From Octopus sinensis (lineage: Eukaryota): a stretch of DNA of 36,589 bases. Where the stretch lies: positions 1 through 36,589 of the forward strand of contig NW_021824669.1 in NCBI RefSeq assembly GCF_006345805.1, given 5' to 3'. Positions 11,736 through 22,267 of this stretch are shown piece after piece. A program made the position numbers and the translations under genes. The notes beneath the pieces are model-generated. The model was not told the DNA's origin. It did not search any database and saw only the letters and a list, made by a program, of their open reading frames with translations. Each line of letters begins with the position of its first letter. Position 1 is the stretch's first letter.

Positions 11736-12070
11736 TCTCTCTCTATATAAAGCTGAAGTTGTCTGTGTGCGGCAGGTTTGGTAGCCTTCAACTAACACTA
11801 TCTCCTCCGAGACCCTGCGGCGCAAGTTGACCAAAATTGAGAGTATGATAGAAGATAAAATTCAAATCGGACCATGTTAACACCAAAAATTATTTACATC
11901 TATGAAAATCCCTATTTTTTACCATTTTTTTCACTGCTGTGTCGCCACTTTTTGGTGTATTTCAACTAGAAAAATGTTCACTTGCTACATAATGCAAAAT
12001 TTTTACTTTTCAAAAATTCCAATTCCAGTGGGTCGAAACAAACCCGAGCAACGCCGGGCAATACTGCTAG
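11736..12070 (+). mobile_element. Non-autonomous Helitron-like element (335 bp)
   Basis: 5' TC start after a host A (TCTCTCTCTATATAAAGCTGAAG), a 3' hairpin CCCG-AGCAACGC-CGGG at 12043-12058, and terminal CTAG at 12067-12070 followed by T. No TSD. Confidence 0.8.
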
Positions 12071-12803
12071 TATATATATATATATGTGTGTGTGTGTGTA
12101 ACAGCAGTAATTTATTAGGTACACAATATTATGATAATGTTGTCAGCAACAGTTGTGACGATAAGAGTTTGTTATTAAAACAGCAAGTTGTAATATGTTT
12201 AAGATACATACATATGCATGAAGTTTTAAGGAAATGTTTATTTACCGTTATGTTACAATACCTTGCCTCGATGGGCAGGTTGATAAATCCAAAAGCATGC
12301 GAAAGTTAGATTCGGTAGAATGTTTGAGTTTGGGTTCTCTTCATTGTTTAGTAGTAATTGTGGAGATAGATAGAATGATGTTGTAAGAGAACAGAATTAG
12401 AGCTAGTGAGAGTGAGAGAGTGTGGGACGTTGCTGACAGTAAACTTCATTTCTCCCTCTGACCAAAGTTGGTCAGCCAGACCTCATTGAGTCGTCACAAT
12501 GTGACTGACTGATTTTCCTTGGGATGTGCTGGCTTATGTAACTATCTAGAAGGATAGATATATCATTGAGAACAATAGATTTAGTTGGTGGTCTTGTTAT
12601 CTATTCTAGCTTTTGGTGAAGTAGAAGAGGTTAGAAAGGGTCAAGTGGTGAAGACATTATTTCGGCCTAACTAAAGGCATCTGGAAAATGTAAAACTGCT
12701 GTCAGAGAAAAACCATCGTTCCATCATGGGCAAAGTCCTGTAGCAGTATTAATTTAAATTTGGCTGTGGTGGATCGAATCCACTTTATGCATGCAAGATT
12801 TGC

Positions 12804-12806
<3 letters not shown>

Positions 12807-12863
<57 letters not shown>

Positions 12864-12868
12864 ATATC
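12807..12868. repeat. (TA)n microsatellite
   Basis: Read directly. Confidence 0.95.
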
Positions 12869-13098
12869 TTATGTTGTATGTCTTGTACTCTGTTTTTTCG
12901 TTGTTTGAAAAAAGTCTGTTTCCATGGTCTTGTTTTTATGTTTTCATTTCTCATTGTGTTTGACGTTTTTTTGGTGTCCTGTACCTATATGTGCATGTAT
13001 ATATACATATAGATGTAGGTATGTACATATATGTATGTAGATATGCATATGTTTTATTTATTATTTTGTTATTATATATATATATAAAGAATACGAGA

Positions 13099-13210
13099 TG
13101 TTTAGTTCACTGGTGATCTAAACAATTTGTTTAGATCACCAGTGAACTAAACAATTTATTTAGATCACCAGTTAACTAAACAATTTATTTAGATCACCAG
13201 TGAACTGAAC
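13099..13210. repeat. 55-bp perfect palindrome plus about 3 tandem 29-bp units
   Basis: Arms 13099-13125 and 13127-13153 are exact reverse complements. Unit TTTAGATCACCAGTGAACTAAACAATTTA starts at 13130, 13159 and 13188. Confidence 0.95.
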
Positions 13211-13398
13211 ACTGAGTAAGTGCTATAATTGGTCATTCGTTAGGTTTCAAGTTCATACAGCTGGGGTTGGAGCTTGGGATCCATATTAGGCTTCCGTGTT
13301 AGCAGGTATATATTAGAGGAACAAGAGAACAAAAACCAAGGTAGAACAAGTATCTCAAGTCATTTATAATAATTCAATTAGGGTAAGGTGAATTTGAA

Positions 13399-13474
13399 GC
13401 CTTACAGCTGTTTCCGGGATATCCCAAGTGATAGGCTAGCTTGTCTGTACACTGGGTATTCCATCATCAGAGAC
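13399..13474 (-). ncRNA. Type I hammerhead ribozyme (intact core)
   Basis: Minus strand reads GTCT-CTGATGA-TGGAATACCCAGTG..CACTTGGGATATCCCG-GAAAC-AGCT-GTA-AGGC. Stem I is GTCT/AGGC, stem II is long and imperfect, stem III is the palindrome ACAGCTGT, and the cleavage triplet is GUA. Confidence 0.85.
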
Positions 13475-14454
13475 AAGGTGAGTATGTATAAAAGTTCTAG
13501 ACAGGGAAATTCACAGATTATAAGGAATAAAATAGAAGAATAAAGATAAAAGTAGATATAAGAATACAGACAGGAGAATAAAGTTCAGTTTGTCTTTTTC
13601 CAGAGGGTATGGAGGTTGGTCCATACTTCTGTGAAAAAATAGGCCCTAATGTATAATACCAGGTAAATCCAGGCAGTATTTTGAATGATGCGTTCATGTT
13701 GAAGTGGTTAGCTGGTATGTAAATGGTCCACGTGGGTATACAGAGCGAGAAAGACAAGACATCAAGATAGACAGAAGTGTGTTGTTAGTGAGTGGATAGA
13801 AGAGAAAGGAGAAAGAAAAATGAGAGAAAAGACAGGAATAGGATAAGTGTGGAGTGGGGAATGAGAGCGAAAGTAAAGTAAAATCAAAAATCAAAATAAA
13901 TGTAAGAAATAAAAATAAAAAGAATAAAGATAGAGATAAGAGGTCAATATTATTCTTTGATTCAGAGTGAGAGGGGAGGCATTAAGGTTTTTGTGGAGGA
14001 GGAAATCTAGGAAAACTACAAGGATACAAATTAAAGAATTAAAATTTAAGTGAAAAGTTAAAAATCAAAGATTTAACTTTTAAATCTAATTTTAATTTTA
14101 ATTTAATTTTTAATTTAACTTTTAAATTTTAATTCTTTAATTTGTATCCATTATTTATTTAATATGTATACCCCCTTCAGCTAGGCATCTATTTTTAGCT
14201 ATCCCTACTGACCTCACCTGACCTAGATTTCATCTGTTTAATTAATAGACATAAATACCTTCCTCCTCCACTTTACCAAAATCTTAATGCCTCACCTCTC
14301 ACCCTGAATCAAAGAATAATACTGGCCTCTTATCTCTACCTTTATTCTTTTTTTTTAAGATAATGGACATAATAATGGAAAAGATAATGGATATGAAGTG
14401 GAAAAGATATGAAGTGGAAAGCATTCTACCATGACCTAATCACACCATCCCTGG

Positions 14455-16920
14455 ATGGCAACAACTATGGAATTGAGGAAATACCCACCCAAAATAAGGA
14501 ACCTTGAACCCATTGAGGTGAACCTACTGGACATCATTCCCAAGCTGAAATTCTGTAAGTCCTCTTCCTCCTTCCAACACAAGCTCCAGGCTGACATTAG
14601 ATTGTTAAAAAACTCAGATAGGTCCCTAGTCTTCTCTGATGAGACAAAAAACTTATACAGGATAGACTCCCTCAATTACGAAAGACTACTAGAAAATAAT
14701 ATCACACAAAATTATAGGCGAGCTTCCCCACACACATATAACGACATCAAGAGTGAAGCCAAAAAATTAGCTAACAAACTAGAGATAGTGGATAGGGTAG
14801 AGATCTTAGCTAAAAGAAACGCCTTTGTTACCATAAAATATCATAAACTGAACTTTGCCTCAAACCCTAAATGCTGCCTGATCAATCCAGCCAAATCCAA
14901 TCATGATCAGGTGAGCAAGCACATATTGAGAAATATCAATAATGACATAATATGGGTCACCAACCTTACCCTGTGGCACAACACCAACAAAGTGACTGCA
15001 TGGTTTAACACCAACAAGGGAAGAGGCAGAGCAAGGTTCACCCAGTTTGCTGTAGTCAACTTTTACCTGTCTATATCAAAAGGACTACTGGCCAAGGCAC
15101 TTTCTTTTACAAGGGACTTCACAGACATTAGCAACAGAGATATAGAAGTCATTATGCATGCCAGAAAGACAGTGCTGTTCAACAAAGGTTTCGTATAGGT
15201 CAAGCAATCTGACCCCAGAAGCTCCTTTGATGTAGTGATGGGGGCCTTCGACATTGCTGACGTATGTGACCTCATCAGATTGTATAACCTTGATACCCTT
15301 AGGAATAAGTTCCCTTCTGTCCTCTTTGGCCTCTACAGAGATGACATCCTGGCCATCTCTAGGAGGGCAAATGGACATACACTAGACAGGTTTAGAATAG
15401 ATCTAATCAGCACGCTTGCCTCCATAGAATTAAAAATCACCATAGAGACCAACCTCACAACCACAGATTTCTTCGACGTCACACTTGACTTGGGCTCTGG
15501 TACATACAGGCCCTACTACAAACCAAATGAGAAGCTAACATACATCAACATAGCCTCCTCTCATCCACCCATCATGTTCAAAAACCTGGTAAAGGGTGTT
15601 AATAAGAAGATCACGAACTTTCCTCCGACCAAGAGATTTTTGATGCAGTGGCTCTATACTATAATGGATTTAGGGACTGCATCTCCTACATGCTGGAACC
15701 CAACAACTACAGAAGAAAGTGCCACAGAAATAGCATATGGGTTGTCCCTCCCTTCTCTCTGAACACGAAAGTGCCCATAGGTAGAATATTCCCTAAATTA
15801 ATAGATAAGCATTTCACTAGCTCCCATAGGTATGGGCCCATTTTTAACAGGCACAACATTAGAGTCTCATTTAGCTGTGCCCCCAATATTAAGAGCATCC
15901 TAGTTAGTGCCTCTAGGCCACACAAAGAGGCAGGATGTTCATGCAGGGTCCGCAATAGATGCCTAGTGGGAGGCCACTGTGAAACCAAAGCAAACCCTGG
16001 CAATACCACTGGTAGAAGCAGTAGCAACCTTAGATACAAGAACAGAACTAACAACGCCACTACCATCATCACAGTTAACAACATTAGCAACAATAACAGC
16101 ACCAGCAAAAGCATTGGCAGTTCCCCTGATAGCATTTACAGCAACATCAGCAATATCGCCATCTGCAGTAGCATTACCAACAGCTTCCCTAACGTCCTCA
16201 GTAGCAAACCTGACAACCCCTATAGCAGCAACAATAGGTCCAGTGCCACCACCAACAATAACAACAATAATATCAACATTGGCAACAGCCACAGCAGCGA
16301 CAGTGGCCCTAGCAGAAACACTAGCAGAACCACAGCTGATGACACTTCTAGCAGCAATGGCAACTCTCCCACCAATGATAAGGATCACAATAACAACAAC
16401 AGCACTTTTGCGATAACCAGCAGTGGCGATACCATCATCAATGCCACAACTTCCATCTCCAGTGACACTGACACCAGTAGTCCCAGCTCCAACAACAATG
16501 ATGTCAGTGGCAGCAACACCAGCAGACACAGATACAGTGCCAACAACATGTGCCCACAAAGATATATATTGGATGTCCTGGAAACTCTTTCATACAATAT
16601 CTCTCCAACTAAAGGTCCTCCACCAAAGTTCCGGAAGGGAGATATGTAACATCACTGGCCAGCCACGTCTGGCAACTAAGAGATGATGGGATTCCATACT
16701 CAATATCATGGAAAATCCTCAAGAACCCAGGTCCCTACATCAACGGGGTGAAGCATTGCAAGTTATGCATAGCTGAACAGGCAAGAATCCTAAAAGACTC
16801 ACTCAAACCAGGGAACATCATTACCTCTAGAATGGAGATTTTTGGACCATGTTTACATTTCAGGAGGTTCCTGCTAGCTTTTTGGAGCCCACAAGATGGT
16901 GATACAACCGGAAGTTGGTA
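14455..16920 (+). pseudogene. PLE RT-GIY-YIG polyprotein pseudogene (element B)
   Basis: ORFs 14455-15198, 15235-15762 and 15648-16649 join across the stop and a frameshift. A third frame gives IYIGCPGNSF..SLASHVWQLRDDGIPYSISWKILKNPGPYINGVKHCKLCIAEQ..CLHFRRFLL. Confidence 0.9.
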
Positions 16921-17002
16921 GCCAGTAGCAAACGGAGATAATCCCCAATTGTTATCTTTGAGGAGTGAGGCTTTTCCTCCTTCATATTTTTAAGAAGTCT
17001 TC

Positions 17003-17088
17003 GGCCAACAAGTTTTGGGATCTAATGATACACCATAAAGCTAAACCCTTTATGGATGGGAAACCTAAGGTAATCCCATAAACTGGCC
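17003..17088 (+). ncRNA. Type I hammerhead ribozyme with a mutated core (CUAAUGA, G5A)
   Basis: TGGGAT/ATCCCA stem I extended by AGTTT/AAACT and GGCC/GGCC. Core CTAATGA at 17022-17028, stem II CCATAAAG/CTTTATGG, GAAA at 17060-17063, stem III ACC-TAA-GGT, triplet GUA. Confidence 0.8.
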
Positions 17089-17104
17089 TTCCCCATTTTA
17101 TGCA

Positions 17105-17113
17105 TATATACAT

Positions 17114-17143
<30 letters not shown>
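17105..17143. repeat. (TA)n microsatellite separating PLE B and PLE C
   Basis: Read directly. Confidence 0.9.
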
Positions 17144-17144
<1 letters not shown>

Positions 17145-17221
17145 CAAAATTAGAAAATGGAGAAACATACTTAAATCAATCAAACATCAACCATCAGATA
17201 ATACCCAATCAATATCATCCA

Positions 17222-19714
17222 TTGAGGTATAACCCGCACCAAAGAAAATTAAAAGAACTAATAAGAACTCTCAAGGGAAAGAATGGCATTCTAACCCACT
17301 CTGACAAAACCAGTTACATTTATAACATTGACATTCCTACATACCATGAATTACTACACAAAGAAATTACTAAGAAATATAAAATCGTACCTTTTAGCAC
17401 ACTTAGAAAACTGAACCTTGAGATTAGAGAAATAATGTTGGATTATTACCTAGAAGAAAAAACGGAACCTTATACCCCCACTAGACCGAGAATCACACTC
17501 AAGGACCATAAAGAAAACTTACTTGGAAACACGCAGGTCAGATTGATTTGCCCTACCAAATCTGACTTAGGCAGACTGAGCAAACTCATTCTGGATAAAT
17601 ATCTACCTACTATACGTAACAAGATTAAACTTAGCCTTTGGAAGAATACTCAAGGTGCACTGGATTGGTTTTCTGCCATTAACGTCAGTGATAATAATAG
17701 AAGTAAATTCATCCAATTTGATATACAAAATTACTACACATCCATTAACCCTATTATATTAAATAAGGCTTTAATTTTTGCTAGGAGACACACTAAATTA
17801 AGTATGGGTGAGATTAGGGTTATCTTAACAGCTAGGAAAACATTAATAGAGTTTGATAATAAACTTTGGGCTAGAAAGAACACACCCAACTTGTTCGACA
17901 TCACCATGGGATCGCCGGACTCAGCGGAAGTGACTGATTTAGTTGGGATGTATTTACTAGATAACATTAGTAGGGAATTCCCTGAATTAAAAGGAGGACT
18001 ATATAGGGATGACGCTTTATTTTTGGTAAATAATACATCAAATAGGAGACTGGATCTTCTGAAAAAAAGACTAAATAAATTTTTTTAAAGTTTTGGCCTA
18101 TCCATAATTATTGAAAGTGAAAACTATTCTGCCAATTATTTGGATGTCAATTGTAACCTTACTAATGGGATACATGAACCTTATATTAAATCCAATTCTA
18201 ACTTAGTATATATAAACTGTTCTAGCAATCACCACCCTCAAATAAAAAGAGCACTAGTGCGTAGCATTAGTCAGAGAATTTCTTATCTATCCTAAAACGA
18301 GGACATTTTTAATAAGCATTGTGATAGATATAATACAGCATTGCTGAAAGCAGGCTACAAAAGTAAAATATGGTATATACCCTAGGATAATCCTTCAAAT
18401 GGAGGTGGAACTATTAGGAACAACGCCAATAGATTTAGGACAAACAATAATAACTGTAAGAAAAGGAAAAATAGGATATATAAAAACGCTTATGATAATT
18501 ATAGAGGTGTTGTTAACCTCGGAACTGTTGAAGGTAGTTTAAATAAATTAGCGCACATAAGTGATGGTAGTAATATTAATAATATGCATATCAAAACTAA
18601 TGGTAGGTATGATAATAGTAAAGTTTACTTACCTAATAATTATGGGAATATTGATAATGATAGGCATAACAATGACATTGTTAAGGATAGTAAACATAGG
18701 GGATGGTCGAGGAATAAGGTTTTTACTAAAAACAACAATTTGATAGGCAACCCTAATACTGATAAGGATACACTATGGCTAATTATCCCATATGCATTGC
18801 AGATAAAAACAGACATAGTTAGAGCTTTGCACAATGTAATATTTAGGCACTTTGGTAAGGGTAAGAATAAATTTGGTCATTTAATTAACAATGGAACTGT
18901 TAGAATAGGATATAGCATTACACACAATCTAGCCACCATCATCTCCTCTTTTAATAACAGGAAACTGGATTACTTCTATAAAGATAGAAAGTTGAATTTA
19001 GATAATAGGAATTTGCCTCTCTTTAAAAGTAGGAACAATATATTTTTTGGAGCTAACGAGAACAACCCTCTTACAAATTATGATGGTACCATACCTGTAA
19101 GGAAAAATATTAATGTAATGGATGATACTACTACCACCAATACTATTACTATTGATAGGAATATCGCCAATAATGATAAATCAAATCATTCGTTGAATTT
19201 GGGATTGGATGGTAAAAATAATTGTAACACTACTAATGTGAATGGTGTTACAGGAATGTGGACCAATGTTAGATTACCCCAACCTGTTGATAACTGTAAT
19301 TTCAGAAACAGAAATAAATGTGTGTTTGGTAATCAATGCCTCAGGAAGGAGGTAGTTTATCAATGCACTGTGGATACACAATTTAGTAGTAGGGTATACA
19401 TCGGAGCAACTATGAATAGCATGAAACAGAGACTTAATTATCATAGATATACTTTTAGAAATAAAAATAGGATGTACTCTACGGGGTTAAGTGCATACAT
19501 TTGGGAACTCAAAAGTAAGAACTTAGATTTTAAATTAAATTGGAAAATACTAACTTCTGCACCTGTGTATAATGGAAAAAATAAAAAATGCTCTCTATGT
19601 ATTAATGAAATTTTTTTCATTATCTAAGCGGGTAGGCCTATTATTAATAACATAAATGAAAAAAATTTTTTTTGCATTCACAAACTACCGTACACTTTCT
19701 CTAGATTTAAATAG
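17222..19714 (+). pseudogene. PLE RT-GIY-YIG polyprotein (element C), single frame with 4 premature stops
   Basis: ITLKDHK, RLICPTKS, FDIQNYYTSI, MGSPDSAE, GLYRDD, YLDV, SNHHP, CNFRNRNKCVFGNQC, VVY-x11-YIG, LSAYIWELK, CSLCINE. Stops at 18086, 18293, 18383 and 19625; likely true stop at 19712-19714. Confidence 0.93.
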
Positions 19715-19971
19715 AACTTAGCTTTCCTACTAGTAATATTTTAACTCCCTTCTGTATCTTATTATACTAGTAGTCTTCTACAATTTTAAAACATGCAACT
19801 TATAAATTTATAATTTTATATAATTTTGTAGCTACACATGTATATAAATATATATGTCCTGTATTAATTGTTTTTTGTTTGTGTGTTTTTTTGTCCTGGG
19901 TTATAAGGGAAATATACTGCGGCAAGAAAGAATATATTCATTTTGGTATATACACAGTAATATGATATTCT

Positions 19972-20097
19972 TGGAGTTTTCTAAAATTACAGAGTGTATA
20001 TGAGTATCATAGTTAGATACCTGGTTTTAGATACTGGAGTTTTCTAAAATTACAGAGTGTGTATGAGTATCATAGTTAGATACCTGGTTTTAGATAC
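19972..20097 (+). repeat. 63-bp tandem duplication (2 copies, 1 mismatch)
   Basis: Units begin at 19972 and 20035. Confidence 0.95.
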
Positions 20098-21877
20098 TGT
20101 AATACTAATATGTAATAAATGAGAGTCTATATTGGATTTTGTTTGTTTTGGTTGAGTATATGGGTTTTTGCAGGTATTTATTTGGCAGGCCTATATATTG
20201 TATATTTAGTGTATCTTTGTACTCACCTAAATTTGTATCTTATGCTATTTATTAATAAACCTATTCATTTACTCACATTTGGCTTTATACATATTCGCAG
20301 TCTTATATATTTAGTCTATATTTGTAGTCTTCTTGATTTGTACATTATGTTATTCATCTATTTATTTTTTTACTCATTTTCTATAGGTAAATGTTTACAT
20401 AATAGTAGCCTGTATACTAAGTTTATATATGTACTTTTTTCAATATATATCTTCACTTTATTTTATGTTATTTATTTATCTATATACTCTTTTATGCATA
20501 TGTGGATATATGCATATTAGCATTACTATATATTAGGTGTACCTTTGTATTTATCTTAATTTGTTTTCTATGGTATCTATCTATTTATTTAGTCATTTAC
20601 TTATTTATTTATTTATTTAAATGTGGATATATACATACATATCAATTATTTATTATAATATGGATACATGTATACTAGCTTGTACTTATATTCTCTTTGT
20701 AATTTTAATTATTTCTTCTTATTTTATTTTATCACATTTTAATCTTAAGTAATTACAATTATTAACTTATAATTAATTTAATTTTTGTTATTTACTTATA
20801 TACCATTTTATTGGTAAGTCCTCCACTGATATTATTTAATGCCAAATCCTGTTAATTATTACATTTGTATTTATGTGTCCACTGATGCTTAAGAGTATAT
20901 TTATATATAAGTACTATGAATGTTTACACGCACATCACATGTGAAAATATATGGTGTGTATGTGTATGTCTGTTGTTACACATGAGTATATTTATGGGCA
21001 TGTATATGTGAGTGTAATTCTATTAGTTCGTAGGTAAGGGTTTTGATAGATAAATATTAGTATTATAATAACGTTGGATTTATTACGTAGAGATGATATC
21101 TATTTATGCTATAAGGAATTATTTTGTTTTGTTTTGTTTGTTTACATATCCTAGAATATTTGCGTATTTTGACTTCTTACAATTAATCTCTTATAATTTA
21201 ATTACTATAAACCGATGTCAACTTAGTATATGTATATTTCTATGTCTTTTGATAGTCAAATGGAAATGTTTAATCTATACTTTATAATTTAACGTATATT
21301 TGATTATAACATATAGCGGTTAAGTCAGTAAACGTTTAGTTATGAAATACTATGGCTACGGAAAATACGGTGTCATATGAATTATGTACCTTATGAAAAA
21401 TTACATTCTATGTCTTGATATAATTATATGTATCTTTGCAATAAATATTTTATGGAAATATGTGAGTGGATCTTCTTAGTTAATACCGCGGCATTGTTGT
21501 CGTTTTGGAGGGGCTGGATGGGTGCATGCATGTGAGTGCAATCAGTTGGGTTTCCATGTATATAGTTACTATTATACCTCTTATATTATTTATTTATTTA
21601 TTTATGTTTTTGGCTGTGTTTGTGGCTATGTATGTGTATGAGTGTATGTGTGTGTGTATACATATAATTATGTATGTATGTGCGATGGATCTGTGGATGT
21701 GCATGTGCGTATGTGCGTTTCTTGACTAACTAACCGTAAAATTTCCTTTGTGATTCAAATTTAAAACTATAAGCCAATCGAATCAATCTAGAATAATCAA
21801 TATCAAGCGGACAGAGGAATTAGACTTATTGATATGTAGATGTCCGCTTGATGTACATGGTACAGTCATGGTTGTTA

Positions 21878-21918
<41 letters not shown>
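21878..21918. repeat. (ATT)n microsatellite
   Basis: Read directly. Confidence 0.95.
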
Positions 21919-21939
<21 letters not shown>

Positions 21940-22267
21940 ATTAATTTTTATTGACTTTTTGTAGGGTTATAATTTTATGAACTGAACTGTGTGTTTTTTT
22001 TATTTTTTTTATGTATATATGTCTGATTTAAATTTAAATGTGAGTGTGCATATATTTTCCTTGATGTTAGTTATGGAACTAGGAGTCCAATATGTAAAAT
22101 AACTGTGTTTGTTAATGTATATTGATATATTTTGTTTATTTTGTATTATTGTATTAATGTGTATATATATATATGTGTAGTATTATGAGTGTCTATGCAC
22201 ACATTTTTATATATTATATTTTTATATTTATATGTAAAATTCTTTTCACACTTATATTAAATTAAAT

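Larger units (their letters stand above)
13099..14351 (-). mobile_element. PLE segment A: non-coding pseudo-LTR/UTR remnant with a hammerhead and fold-back structure
   Basis: Contains the HHR at 13399-13474 on the minus strand, nested inverted repeats at 13918-14351, and abuts (TA)n. No ORF is visible, so the PLE assignment rests on the HHR and the architecture. Confidence 0.6.
14370..17090 (+). mobile_element. PLE segment B: degenerate Penelope-like retroelement (RT, Cys-rich linker, GIY-YIG)
   Basis: Motifs INPAKS, MGAFD, GLYRDD, FFDVTL, SSHPP, VVPPFS, CSCRVRNRC..GHC, IYIG, HVWQL..ISWKIL..PY..CKLC..E. One in-frame stop at 15196-15198 plus frameshifts near 15630 and 16560. 3' HHR. Confidence 0.92.

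Noticed and set aside
12650-12690. Minus-strand GCCT-TTAGTT-AGGC-CGAAA-TAAT-GTC resembling an HHR 3' part
   Set aside because: The CUGANGA core is absent (CAGAU only) and stem I cannot pair. At best a decayed relic.
17144-17221. Open frame upstream of the element C ORF
   Set aside because: This stretch is the inverted copy of 22484-22549, so the openness is coincidental.
17222-19714. Selenoprotein-type recoding as in Naiad PLEs
   Set aside because: The in-frame stops are TAA/TAG, not TGA, and the endonuclease is C-terminal, unlike Naiads.
20119-20520. Hydrophobic 133-aa ORF resembling a membrane protein
   Set aside because: An artefact of T-rich composition. No motif, and it lies in the PLE 3' region.
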